A stretch of 64,000 nucleotides of DNA from Piedraia hortae CBS 480.64 (taxonomy: Eukaryota), in the NCBI GenBank assembly GCA_010093745.1, contig MU005974.1, positions 186,001 through 250,000 of the forward strand. The letters run 5' to 3'. Position numbers and translations under genes: made by a program. Positions within the stretch are counted from its first letter, which is position 1. Every line of letters begins with the position of its first letter. Below are positions 24,956 through 37,451 of the stretch, one piece after another. A model generated the notes under the pieces. It ran no database searches, had not been told where the DNA came from, and was given only the letters and a program-made list of their open reading frames with translations.

Positions 24956-25100
24956 TGTTCTAATAAGCAGCGGCACCTCACAGGTGTGTCAGTATACACG
25001 CGTACCTAGAGCTACACGAGACAAAATTTCTGAGTACTCGAACCCTGGTCAGGGATGTGGGTCATCACCTGCGGATCGCTCCGTGGCGACCTGCACAACA
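24956..25100 (+). mobile_element. Solo LTR (family A), 145 bp
   Basis: TGTTCTAATAAGCAGCGG...CTGCACAACA; flanks CTTTG and CTTTT (5-bp TSD with one mismatch). Confidence 0.9.
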
Positions 25101-25484
25101 CTTTTTATCATTAACCTTACCGTCCCAGTGTTTCCCTTCAAAATTTCAGCGAAAACACATCACCATAAATCCCTCCAAGTTCTTGCACAGATGCCAATCA
25201 TGGGAAATGCACATGGAATCTCGGCGCATCCAACAGCTCAGAGCGTGGAGACATCCCCAGCGCGACACGGCTAAGGAACGGTAACTTCTTCTAGCTGGAA
25301 AGAAATCCAACAAGGCCTTTCCTCATATGGTCTGGCGGTGATGACCATATCGTGAATTGCATTGGCTCTCCCTATGGAAACATTCACGGCAGGTTCAAGA
25401 AAAAGCTACAAATGTAGCGGCACGGACCGACGATATCTCTCAGTAAAGGAATCGGGACCGTTGGAAATTTGAACCATTTCAGTT

Positions 25485-28400
25485 TCAGAAGGTAACTTCG
25501 CCTGTAAAATATAGAACAGTAAAACCAGTCTCATCGTTGGAAAAAATCATTGTTCGCCCGCACGAGAACCAATTCCATGAACTCAGCAGATCAGGGCGTC
25601 TGAACATCTTCCGGCCGTCGACAATGATCCACTTTTCTGTACGGTCCAAGGCCCAGATTTGTCGGCAGTGGAACATCGAAGTTGAGCTTGTCGAGGCGGA
25701 AGAGTCCGCCTGCGTTTGGGGCTGGGCAGCTTCGTTGGCTACTAAAGGCAGGAGCCTTGACGGCACAAAGCGACCATCGATGAATATCGAACCAGACCTA
25801 TGGCGCAAAGCGAGGAAGCGCGCAATGCCCGCATCTTCAATGTCCCTTTCACATATCATGTCGTTGATATTGTACGTGTACAGTATCCGACCGTCTGCTG
25901 AGAAACATGCCTCCCACACTGGGTCTTCAGAGCTCTGTACCAGCGGGGTTTGTGACTTCAGTCCCCAGACAACTGTATTATGGTACGATAACGATGCAAA
26001 TTTCTGCCCATCTGGAGAAATCGCTATACTGCGGATTTTTTTCGTATGACCCGTGAATTTTTCTTGCAGAACTCCATGTTCCAGATCAATAGCCCATATC
26101 TCACCTTCGCCCAAACCGCAAAGGAGTGTTTTGTTGTCTGGGAATAACGCAAGAGCAGTAACATAGTTCGGTATGTCTTTTAGCTCTCTCAAAGCATTTG
26201 CTTCCAGATCCCAAATCAAAACCGTGTTTTCTGGGGGCTCGCATAAGGAGGCAACAACCACAAAACGACTGTCTGATGAGATCAGGATCCGGTGGTAAGG
26301 CTGTTCCAAAAGCCTGTCATCTGTTAACCGCCGTACGCATGTTCGCATTTCGATGTTCCAAACGCTGAGCTGGTTTTCCTGAGTCAATGAGGCGAGTGAT
26401 CGTCCATCCGTCGACAATGCAATGTAATCGTCGCCAGTCCGATGCTGTGGGCTCTTGAAGACTAGATCCGCGTCCAGCTGTGTTATCAATCCATTAGGAT
26501 GCCCCGCCCAGATTGTCTTCCCGTCGGGCGATGATGTCATGGCTGAGACCATGGTTCCCAATCGCAGTTTCATCGCCTCTTGTTGCGTTTGAAAGTCGTA
26601 GAGATAAAGACTATCCTCGTGATAAATCCAAACTTTCTGGCTGTCTGGCGTAACCATGAAAGAGCTGAACAGGAATATGTCTTTTTGCATGATTTGCTCA
26701 ACTTCGTTGGTGGTGCAGTGATACACCGATATCGTGTCAGACCAAAAGACAACGAACTTGCCGTTTGGTGAGATGACGATGCGCATGATATCAGAACCAA
26801 CTTGGCATAATTTTTCTGGCCCAGCTTGTGGGCTCCATTTCCAGATGTCTGTGGATCCCGACACCAGCGTCTTACTATCTGACGAGAACGCCATGCACCG
26901 CACTGATGAGCTGTGACCCTCAACCACCTGTCCGGCGTTGTTGTCGGCGTCCCAGATGTAGATCTTGCCAGTGACCAAGCCCCAAGCGGCAAATCGGCCG
27001 TTAGGAGAGACGGAAACGCTTTTTGCATTGCTTGGGAGTTCGAGATCAATTCGTCTGGCGTCGTCTTCCAAATCCCACCTCCAATGACTTCCCCACGACG
27101 CGGCAATGACCACAATGTTTTCTTCAGGGAACGCCGAAGCGACCTCGTGAACATTGTGATATGGCATTCCAATTTCCGCACGTTTTTCTTCGGTGCCGCT
27201 TTCAACATCCCATAGTTGCACTGTGTTGTCATCGCCAACGGTCACAAGCCGTCTCCCGTCGATTGAAGGCGTTATCGACAGTAATTGATCAGTATGCCCC
27301 CTCAGTGTTTGCAACTCAGAACCCCAATAAGTCGTGAGTGGCCAAACTTGCAAGAATTTTTCCATCTCACTCCTGAAGCTGTTCCGTACGACACTGTTAC
27401 TCGGCGCAAAAGCCAGTGCTGAAAGATATGTCTGAAGCGGTGCATCGCTGATTATATCTCGACTTGCTGGTACCCATCTCACAGCATCGGTGACAAAGGC
27501 GTGTAGCTTGGGTGAAGATTTCGACTGCGCAGGGTTAGGCATACTTTTGGCAGACTGAAACGGAAGCGATACATACGTCGATGACCTTTTGCAGCTTCTT
27601 GAGGTATACTACCATTTCCCCAAGCTTTTTCATCCAGGCCATTGCCTCAGTCCAATGAAGGAAACTTGCGCGCAAGAAAGAGTCGACTTGCCCGCCATCT
27701 TCAAGTGTCTTATTGCTTTTGACTGCATGGCTGATCCAGTAGCGGCAGGCATACTGTACGGACTCTGGGATGTGCTTTTCGACATCCTCGGCGGACACAC
27801 CTTCGCGTTCCGTTGCTGGATCTTTCTGCCTGCAGACACCGCGGACCAACTTTTTCTCGAGCAAGTTTAGACATTTGCTCATAAGGACGCCATGTACTTC
27901 TTTTTGGTCAATCCAGAATTTAGGATGGTCCTTGAGACTAGAATCCATGAGAAAGCCTCGAAAGGATTCATGATAAATCCGTACCGTGGCCCGAGAACCT
28001 GTTCTCACCTCCTCTCCAGTCGGGAAGTCGATTACCGAACTCAACGGTTTGAGCGCATTCGGAACAACGGTGTTACCTCCTTCTCCTAGCAAATCCGTCA
28101 GCGCCGGAATGGTGAGTTGGGAATGCAGAAGGGCGATTGGTTTGATAACTTGACTGAACCATTGAAGCCACTCTTTGTCGAAATCAGCGGCTTGTTTCAG
28201 AATACCAGAGTAAATCACGGTCAGTGTATCCGTTTCAGTGAATTTGAGCCGGTTGACCCACTCTTGAAGCCGCTCTCGTGGATTGTTGCTCACTTCCCTA
28301 AATATCGTAGATGCCGCGATGAACAGTGGCTTTGATATTTCCACAAGTTTGTTGACAACGCTTTCCCCTGGCCAGTCATCCTCGAGCTCATCATAATCGT

Positions 28401-30507
28401 TTCTGCTCTGCTCGCGGAGCTTCCTCAGCTCATCGTGACAGAACAACCTCAGGTCATGCTCGATAGTGCTCGATTGCCATTCTTCAAGCCTCTTGTGCTG
28501 GAGATCCTTGCTCTCCATCTTGGAGAGCACATTGCCGATCTTGTTGTCGGACCGACTGGTCACAAAAACCCTTAGATTCATGGAGCTTTGTGCACGAAGT
28601 CGCGGCCAAAGAGTCATCGCATGGCCTATTGCTCCCCAGTCCTCGCACTCGTCGAGAGCATCGATGACAATGGCCCTGATATCTGTCGCGGAACCCATGC
28701 TGTACCCTGACAGCGGTCCTTGGATAAGCGTGTCGAACTGACTTGTTGGCGCCCTTTCATTCACCGGGGGGGAACCTTTGGAAGCGGCAGCAATCTTGTG
28801 GCTGATGCTGGGTACGAAGTCTGCCATATAACTGGCAATGGTGGGAAACAAACTGTGAGCGTGGCCCAGTTTATCATGGCCGCGCTTGAAGAAGAAGCTT
28901 CCCACCAGGTACCCTTGCCTCGCAAGTTCATCGGCAACGGTTCGCGCAATTGTCGATTTGCCTGTTCCTGCCTTTCCAGATAACCAGAAGATCCTTTGGT
29001 CATCGTCGGTGGTGGCCCAGTCCAAGATCTTCCTTATGATCTGCTCCCGGGTATCTTTTAGACATAGCTGCAACTCGCCATTTTCATCGGCATTACGATT
29101 GTCCATCGAATTGTAAGCTGCCCCAGCAGCCGCCTGCAGAGCACTAAGATCCAGCGCTTGTTGCACGCCTTGGACTCTTTGATTGATCTCCTGCTGGGCC
29201 TTCTCCAGCGTGTTCAGCTTTTGTTTGACTAATGCCCGCTGCTCCTCTGAGATCTCGCGATCGACAGCTCTTGCATGGGATTCAACCGTCCTCAGCATCA
29301 CGTCGTGATCATTCTTGAACTTTGGTATGATTTGACCAGTCAGAGAGTGTACCGTCCGCTCTAGTTTGCTCATATCGCATGTGTGCTGTGCGTGCGCCAC
29401 AAACGTCAAATTGAGGCGGTAGAGCTTGACGATGTTGTCATACAAATGGCGAATTGCGGTTGTCGCAGCAAGCTGGCTATAAATGTCAAAGTATCCATTC
29501 AGCAGGTGGCCTGTGTCCAGCACCGTTTCGATTCCTCTCAGGATCGAGTCCCTTTGTTCTTGACTTTTCTGAGCCACCTAGAGGAATAATGTTATTCAGG
29601 GTCGCGGTTGCACAACATTGCTGCTTACCATCAAGAGAAAGTGGATGCCGGCCCACGGCAGGCTAAGAACCTCCGGTTTGACATTCGTCGCAACGTTAAC
29701 TACTGGCGCAAATTGCAGGATTTGACAAGCAATCTTCCTCATGCTGTCAAGCCATTTATCGGACCTTTTAGTTTGATTTTGACCTCTTGAGGCCGCAATT
29801 CTGGCCGCATCCCTCTCACGGTAATTATCTGAACCAAGCTGCTTCTTGACAAACTCGCAATCTTTAGGGGCAAGACCGCTAAGGGCATCAAGCATTAACT
29901 GGTTTTTGTCTCGGAAGGGTTTTCTTTTTGCCAACTCAGATGAAGCCTGTACAAGCGTACTGTTTGGCTGAGATGGCTGCAAGGGCTGTGAAGCGGAAAC
30001 CGAGGTCTGGACAGGTGTATTGAGGGACTGCGGGGACTGCAAGGGCGGTAGAGCAGAGACCGGAACCTCTACTGAGGCATTTCGTGGATGCGGAGGCTGC
30101 AAGTGCCGTGGGCTAGATGCCAAAACTTCTGCAGGCATATTATCTGGCTGCGATGGCTGTGGAGCGGGAGATGACGCATCTACAGGCACATTATTCGACT
30201 TCGAAGTCTGCGGAACAGAAGCTGAAGCTTCTGCAAGTGCATTGTTTGGCTGTGAAGGCTGTGAGGTCTGTGAAGTGGAAGCTGAAGCTTCCACAGGCGC
30301 ACTTTCCGACTGCGAAGGCTGTGAGGGCTGTGGATCGGGACGCGACACCTCTACCGGCGTATTGTTTGGCCGCAAAGTTTGGAGATGCTGTGAGGCGGGA
30401 GCTGGAGCCTCTGGCGTGGCATGTTTTGATTTTTTGGACTTACGAGGTCGTAATTTCGAGACCAGTGATTCACAAATCGCTTTGAAGGACTCCCAGCATC
30501 CGGGCAT
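25485..30507 (-). CDS. Fungal NLR: NACHT_N - NACHT - WD40 (NWD/HET-E-like) protein, ~1639 aa
   Basis: Exons 30507-29629, 29577-27577 and 27524-25485 splice in frame through introns 29628-29578 (GTAAG..TAG) and 27576-27525 (GTATGT..CTAAC..CAG). Motifs: LPWAGI, CLKDTR, P-loop GKAGTGKST, Walker B IVIDALDEC, IYHESFR, QYACRYWISH, APLQTYLSALAFAP, and WD40 repeats (GHTD..QLWD, GHSS, GHTK). Confidence 0.92.
29940..30370 (-). repeat. Coding tandem repeat (~17-20 aa x ~8) in the NLR N-terminus
   Basis: PNNTPVEVSRPDPQPSQPSQ / SESAPVEASASTSQTSQPSQ / PNNALAEASASVPQTSK / SNNVPVDASSPAPQPSQ / PDNMPAEVLASSPRHLQPPH / PRNASVEVPVSALPPLQSPQ / SLNTPVQTSVSASQPLQPSQ / PNSTLVQASS. Confidence 0.8.
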
Positions 30508-32858
30508 GCTGGGCACGTTTAAATGGCAATGAGAGAGGGCAGTTTGAGAAGGTTTGGCATGAAAAAAGCTGTTGCAAGGCTTTGCCGTGTTCAAGTCTGA
30601 GCTTTGATGATGTGGGATAAGAGTGGGGTGCATGTGTGAGCCTACTGTTAGCATGTACGAGCGGATTTCACTAATGAGGCATATGCGTGTGCCGTAGGCA
30701 TGGGCAGGCAAGCAGATAAGGTGGCCCCAGCTAGATTACCTGGCAGGAAATTGGAGAGATCCTGCAGAATGACCTTTTCGTGTAACATTGGCCACAACAG
30801 ACAATCGTAACACCTTGTGTCTTCTAGGTGAGGACGAGGCTTTCACACTCCATCAATCTGATACCGTTTGAAAGTCAAAAGGGGAGCGTGATAATTGCAT
30901 TGTAGACATAGCCGGAGATAGTCCCAAAGGGTTAAGGTGACAGGCAACCTCGCCTCTCGAAAGTCTTGGCAGCAAGGTAGTGATAACAACATCGTCTTTC
31001 GCGTCACCCTCTTATTTTTATCCTCACCACTAGAATCGAATACATCACGTGTGGGGCTGGTACCCCCTGACACAGCGTCGGATGCACTTGCTGTGAGGCT
31101 GGTCCCCGCATATCGCGTTTTCATGCGTTTTTCCCTTTGCCACGAATGTTGTGCATTTCCCCCTCAGGGACTGGTCTTTAGCTGAGTACTTGGCCGAGGG
31201 ATCATCCCCCGAGGGGAGACGTATGCATCTCTCTTTTCCGTTCGCATCATCGTTCATCTTCCCTTCATTGTAGTATCAGCTAGGTCTCTGCTCAGCCTCG
31301 GCTCGCTGCCGTAGCTGTCATATCATGGCTACCACAGAACATCCATACCAAAGTGAAACGGTGCACATATGAGTATGGATCACTGGAGCGCTCGATAAAC
31401 GGTTTCAACTTTGGAACAGTGTTCAGATGATGAGTTACGATGTTGTGACAATTTAGGTGCGAGCTGAGTCTAGCGATAAACCCATTTCATGTTACTACCT
31501 TCGCAGCTTAGATGGCTAAGGTATGGCGTTGTCTCTTAGCCATTTTTTGCCCTCCATTAGTGCACCGCGAAGTCCGATTCGGCTGGGTTGTCGCGAATCG
31601 TAGCGAGAGGCGAGACATACACTACCATAACTCAGTGTTTCTGCTGATCATGGTGGTAGCGATGGTGATGGCGGAGGTGGCAATGGCAACGGTAAGATAA
31701 CGGAGAGTCATGATGATAGTGTGTATGGTAGCCCCCAGAACCTTGTCGGCGCTTCAGCTACGCGACATGGACTCAACTCAGTAAGCAGGCTACACTACCT
31801 TCCTCACCAAACGCGCCTGAAAACTGCTCACTGACACCAGACGACCCTCTGCCGAACGCGCCTCAACCCAAGAAACGGCGCGAAATTTTCCCCTCGCGTA
31901 TCGACTTGCTATCTTTGGGCTGTATAAGTCCCAAATCTCCTTTGAAGTCTGAACCGTTTCGATAGCGCAGACATATACAGTAGGTTAAAATCTTGCACCC
32001 TGTGCATCACAATCTTCCAATCATGACGCGTGCAATAGTGAAGCGATCTGAGCTCGAACAATCAATTGAATCGTTCTGACATGCCGTTTGATTCGTGTAA
32101 ATATGGTGGGGTGATGTCGGATATTAACCCCCTTTCCCCTGGTGAGGAGCCACAGCTTAGTGTTTGTAAGGAAGCATATAACGAGCTTCATCCGTAAAAT
32201 CAGCAGCCCAGGACGGCAAGATGGATTTGCCCCTGCGGCGTCAAAGGAGTTTGCCTGATAGTTTAAATGGCGAACATATCCCCGCAGATGCTGATTGAGC
32301 GACTCTGGAGTTTCTGAGGACACTTTGTGCGCGTCACGTCGGGAACATGGACGAACATCAGTAGTGCCGCTTTTTTTCCGGTGGACTTCAAGCCCCGATT
32401 CATAGTTCAAGCACACGTTCATAACGCTCAGCGACTTCGACTGCACAAGTTCTGCCGGGTCTGCCTTACCTTGGTGGGTGCCCTATGTCTACTGAGGCAA
32501 AAATTGTTAGAGAAACCCATTTTGCCTCTTCTGCACTGAGAAAATTGATAAGTTCCCGATCCGTGTGGCCGATATACCCGTTTGCTTGGCATTGCCACCC
32601 GTCCGAATCAGTCCTTGGCAATCTCACCACTTCAGCGACATCCCACCGCTGTGAAACACAAAACTATGAGAAGCAGACTCTCCCTCCCTCCCTCTCATGT
32701 TCTTTTCCTCTCAACTCCAAAGAGTGCCCTCCCCTATCCTTCGGTCCGGCCCGTCCCCCACCAACCTCAAGATGGCTGGGCCGCAGAATTCGAACCCAAT
32801 CACCTCTACAAACCAAACCACCGAGACGCCCTCTGATGCAATAACGCTGACCGAACAT

Positions 32859-32864
32859 CCCCCC

Positions 32865-32895
<31 letters not shown>

Positions 32896-32902
32896 AAAAA
32901 AA
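32859..32902. repeat. C27 followed by A17 homopolymer
   Basis: Read directly from the sequence; lies 30 bp upstream of the antiporter ATG. Confidence 0.9.
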
Positions 32903-32932
32903 CCATCCCCCACCCCACCCTCATAGACCACA

Positions 32933-34416
32933 ATGCCAACCCTCACCCTTACAAACTTCAACATCGTCTGCGCCGTCCTAGGTGGCTTCATCACCATTTT
33001 CGGTCTCATCTCCTATTTACTCAAAGAACACTTCTACCTCTCTGAGGCCCTAATCTCCACCCTCGCGGGCATAATCTTCAGCCCGCACGCCACAAACTGG
33101 ATCCGACCGTCGCAACTCGTGGGTCGTGATTCGGATCCCGAAACCCTCGAACAAGTAACCCTATACTTCAGCCGACTAGTCCTAGGCGTGCAGCTCGTCC
33201 TCGCTGGCGTCCAACTACCGAGTAAATACCTCTACAAAGAATGGCGGAGTTTGAGTTTACTGCTAGGTCCAGGCATGTGCGCGATGTGGATGATTACGAG
33301 TCTGTTGGTCTGGGGTCTGACGCCGCATTGTGGGATCTTGCAGGCGTTGGCGGTGGGAGCGTGCGTGACGCCAACAGATCCGGTGTTGTCGAATAGTATT
33401 GTTAAGGGGAAGTTTGCGGATAAGAATATCCCGGTGAGGTTGCAGAGAGTGATTATTGCTGAGTCGGGGGCGAATGATGGGTTGGGGTATCCGTTTTTGT
33501 TTCTCGCGTTGTATTTGATTAGGGGGAGGGGGATGGGGATTTGGTTTTATGAGACATGGGCGTATGTGATCCTCATGTCGGTCGCGTATGGGGCGGTGGT
33601 GGGTTGGTTGGCGAAGGAACTACTGCATTGGGCGGAGGAGAGGAAGTTTGTGGATAGAGAGAGTTTTCTTGTGTTTGCAATTACGCTTGCGGTGAGTGGT
33701 TTCCATCCTAAAAGGGGAGGGTGGGGTGTTGGGATTGCTGACGTCTTCAGTTGTTTATAACAGGGACGTGCGGTTTGCTTTCTACGGATGATGTGCTGGC
33801 ATGCTTCATCGCGGGGAATGTTTTTACCTGGGACGATTGGTTCAGGCTGGAGACGGAAGATGATAGTTTTCAGCCGACTATTGATATGCTCCTCAACGTC
33901 GCTGTGTTCATGTGGATTGGAGCGACTTGTCCGTGGCACAAATTCGCACACAACGAGGTCATTGGTATTGGCAGGTTGATTGGATTGGGGATTTGTGTCC
34001 TCTTGCTGAGACGACTACCCGTTATTCTGACGCTGAAGCGGTGGATAGATCAGATCGGGAGCTGGAAGGAGGCGTGTTATATGGGATTTTTTGGGCCGGT
34101 CGGTATTTCTGCCGTGTTCTATCTCTTCGTCGCGAGGGAGTTCTTGAGGGAGGAAAAACCTCATAAACACTCAGAGGACACATTGGCTGAAATGTTGGAA
34201 GTCGAGGTTTGGTTTCTGATCATTTGTTCCATCTTCGTACATGGACTGGCTGTGCCACTGACGAAGTTGGGCGTTGCTCTGCCGAGGACGTTGAGCCGGG
34301 CTGTCGGGGAGAATTCATCCACCTCGGTGGACGAGCGTCGGGGAGTGGAAGGCCTGAGGGGAGAGGAGTTAAGGAACGCAATTTCTGCACCTGTTCCTGC
34401 ACGGGTATCTCGCTGA
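32933..34416 (+). CDS. NHA1: Na+/H+ antiporter, CPA1 (Nha1/Cnh1/Sod2 family), 474 aa
   Basis: ACVTPTDPVLSNSIVKGKFA, AESGANDGLGYPFL, DDVLACFIAGN and GFFGPVG. Exons 32933-33691 and 33751-34416; intron 33692-33750 (GTGAGT..CTGAC..CAG). Confidence 0.92.
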
Positions 34417-34452
34417 CATGATATATACAGGATAGATATGAAGTTATGATTT

Positions 34453-35379
34453 TCACGATTTCTTCCCCATCCTCCCCTCAGCCGCCCTCGCCAACGTCTC
34501 CCTACTCAACGTCTCATTCTCCCCTCCGAGAGTACGCCCCGTCCACCCTCCCTCATCGACATGCTCGTGGCCCTCATCATTGGGATTGAAAAACTCATCC
34601 CCCCCAATAGATCTCCCTCCTCTCGTCCAATCATTCCTCTCAACCTCTTTCTCAATCAACTTACACAAATCCCAAAACTTCCTGTCATGCTCCCCGTGTA
34701 CATTATGCGCCAACTCATGACACAGCGTATTCCTAATAACTTTGTAATCCCTGTACCCATCATACCTATCCGTCCTCAGTCGCAGTTCAATCATCTCTCC
34801 CCTGTTTCTATTCAGCCCCAATGTCCTCGACTGATGGGTCGTATGCTCCACAGGGTCCATCTCAGTCAAAAGACCGACCTGAAAGCCATGTTTCCTCATC
34901 GAGGCTTTTATCCCGGGGTCATCGCGCAGACGCTCAAGGAACCTCCGACTCTTCTCCGGATGGGGGAGGTACGGGAGGGGTTTAATCGCATGAAAAGTGT
35001 ACCGTGCTTCATCTTGTGCACGTGCAGAGTCAATATGTCTGTATGCTAAGACGCGCCGGCCTTTAGCGAGAGTCTCTTCCCTACGCTGTGCCTGGGCGCG
35101 TTGTGTGGCGAGTGCGGAGTCGAGGGTTGCGACTTCAGCTTCTGTGGCGCCCAAGAGAATGATTTTCCTGTCCAACAGCGATTGAATAGGGAGACTGGGG
35201 TCTTTGAAAGGTGGTCTCAGTAATCCAATTTTGGGAGTTACGATGAATTTCTGGTTGGAAGGCGGGACATGGAGTCGCTCGGCAACGGCGGTGGAGAGAT
35301 CTTGAATGGTGGACTTTTCGGGAAGAGAAATCTCATGCGGTTCATTGTGCCAGCGCAGGGTCAACCTGACGTCGGCCAT
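34453..35379 (-). CDS. Ubiquitin-like + WLM (Wss1-like) zinc metalloprotease
   Basis: N-terminal UBL-like fold (TIQDL...LHVPPSNQKFI), VGLLTEMDP, LGLNRNRGEMIELRLR, TLCHELAHNVHGEH and ARAAEGR. Confidence 0.9.
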   Translation of the reverse strand: MADVRLTLRWHNEPHEISLPEKSTIQDLSTAVAERLHVPPSNQKFIVTPKIGLLRPPFKDPSLPIQSLLDRKIILLGATEAEVATLDSALATQRAQAQRREETLAKGRRVLAYRHIDSARAQDEARYTFHAIKPLPYLPHPEKSRRFLERLRDDPGIKASMRKHGFQVGLLTEMDPVEHTTHQSRTLGLNRNRGEMIELRLRTDRYDGYRDYKVIRNTLCHELAHNVHGEHDRKFWDLCKLIEKEVERNDWTRGGRSIGGDEFFNPNDEGHEHVDEGGWTGRTLGGENETLSRETLARAAEGRMGKKS

Positions 35380-36045
35380 GGTTGTGTGGACAGTCAGCCA
35401 TGCTGGTTGACAGCCTCGTTATGACCACGTCAGGTTCTGGAAGGTTCTGTCCGGAACGGGCCGTTCTGTCGTGCATCCGACGATCGGGGGTTCGCATTGG
35501 CCAGACTTCGGTAGTGATCTCCAAAAATAACCAGGTACCACGGGCATTATTCGGTCGCGGCCCGGCCCACACCTAGCAACTCCCGCTGGCAGCAGCAGAC
35601 GTCACTAACAACACCAATGGGATCAACAAGTTGCTTAGGATGCAAAAAGAGAAACAGTCCCCTGCAGCATCACATTATGACAGTAGTCAGGCAGTAACCC
35701 CTCCCGTGACACACCTTTATTGAGAAAAAACGTCTGAGGCAAAATGTATAATTCCCGAAAATTAATATATGAAAAGCAGGGAATGCAGGCAAGAGCGACC
35801 CTGCTGTTTTCTCTTCCCTTTCCCTCCATCCCTCTCTCTGAACCTACCCCTCTACATTCCTACTCCCTCCTTTATTGTTTGCCACGACATTCCAGCAAAC
35901 ATAACAACAACAACTTAGTCGCGTCCACCCTGCGCGTAGCGTTCCTACAACACGCGAAGCATCCCTACAGCGCGAAGCGTCCCTCCGCGTAGCCCCATCA
36001 CCTCCGCGAAGCATCTCCACCCCCGCGCATTCCCCGACAGCGACA

Positions 36046-36622
36046 ATGCCCGCCCTCGACGCGCGCATCATCGTCCTCGCGCTGCGCCTGGCCCAGGCCC
36101 TCTTAGCACTCATTACTCTCGGCCTCTCAGGCTACGTCATCCACTGGTGGACTCATTACTGGCACATAGGCTCACCCTCGAGCGCGAATTTCCTGTTATT
36201 CACCTCGCTCTGGACGTTACTCGCGATTCTGGCACTGATTCTGATTCCATGGCGGCTCAGCGCTACGAAATTGAATCACAAATTTGCGATTCTGGGGATT
36301 GAGACCGTCACGATGATTTTTTGGTTTGCGGGATTTGTGGCTCTCGCGGTTTTTCTGTCGGATAGGGTTTGTTATGGGCCTGTGTGTGGGGCGGCGAAGG
36401 CGTTGGCTGTGTTTGGGGGGTTTGAGTGGTGAGTTTTTGGACATCCTCTTTTTGGTTGGTGGGAATGCTGACTTTTATGGAAGGGTCATCTTTGCAGCTA
36501 CGACTGCGATGGCTGTTATGCATGCGTTGAGGACGAGGGAACCGAAGGGGAGTCATGGACCAGTGAACGCGAATTCGAATATGATGGGAGATGCCCCCAT
36601 GGGGAGTGGGATGGGTGTTTAA
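36046..36622 (+). CDS. MARVEL-domain membrane protein
   Basis: Four TM segments: LALRLAQALLALITLGL, NFLLFTSLW, TMIFWFAGFVALA and FGGFEW|VIF. Intron 36429-36483 (GTGAGT..CTGAC..AAG). Confidence 0.88.
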
Positions 36623-36876
36623 TGAAAAATGCGGCGTCATTAGTATGGGATGCATTACTATGAGTTTTCCTTTGGACTTCACACTTTATGCTCTTAATTC
36701 TAATGTCCAAGTCGCAGCCAACTATGGCCATCATGTGAAATGTGAGATGAGGGTATTATAGACAACAGGACCGACTCTGCGAAACCCGAATACTGTAGAA
36801 TATCATATTACGGGAGACAGTCTAAGCGGAATGTGACCTAATATCGGCACATGCTCACCTAATCCCTCAACTCATC

Positions 36877-37451
36877 TCAATACCCTTCCCTCCCCACGCA
36901 AACTCTTTTCCCCATCCTAACCTCAAACCGAAGAAATCCAATCGCGAAAAGCACTCTTCCCCGTCAGCTCCCTCTTAAATCCACCCCTCCCCACCCCCCC
37001 ACAAAAAAAAAGAGAAAAAAAAACTCACCACTCCAACCCCCACAAGCGCAACCAACCCCATCCCAACAGTACAAACCCTCCTTCCATAACCTGCCCCATG
37101 CAAATAAACCGCCAAAACGATACACCCAATCGCCCACCCCCTCAATGAGCAAAACCACCAACAAACCTCTCATTCGCCTCCGACACACGGATATACTTCC
37201 CCAATGCAAGGATCAAGAGCCCCGAAGCGAAAAACGTCCGGATCGAGAAGCTGAGGAGGTAGATGACACTTCGCAATGCTTTGCGGGGAAGTGGTTGGGT
37301 ATATGCTGTTGTTGAAGTAGACGTAGGCGGTGTTGGGAACGGACCAGCAGTTGATGATGTAGATTGAGAGGATAAGGGTTGGGAGGGAGAGGGGGACTTT
37401 AAGGGCGGTGAGTGTTAGGGTGAGTTCAGGGATTGGATTTTGAAGGGACAC
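36877..37451 (-). pseudogene. Frameshifted MARVEL paralog, tail-to-tail with the intact gene
   Basis: Segments in shifting frames align with the neighbour: LSLPTLILSIYIINCW, SPQS, VIYLLSFSIRT, LLIEGV and GCIVLAVYLHGAGYGRRVCTVG. An intron (37028-36956) sits at the identical GAG-TG|..AAG position. The spliced W codon has become TGA, followed by VLFAIG. Confidence 0.7.

Noticed and set aside
19666..25100. Single TIR transposon with 143-bp terminal inverted repeats
   Set aside because: Each repeat has TG..CA ends and its own 5-bp TSD, and a third copy lies at 54830, so these are independent solo LTRs.
29940..30370. Amyloid signalling motif (HET-s/sigma/PP type) on the NLR
   Set aside because: The repeats are proline-rich and lack the N/Q-G beta-arch pattern, and no adjacent effector gene with a matching motif was found.
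31045..31900. Effector or partner gene upstream of the NLR
   Set aside because: Only short fragments (IRLPSGDDP; GGSDGDGGGGNGNG) are present, with no coherent gene model.
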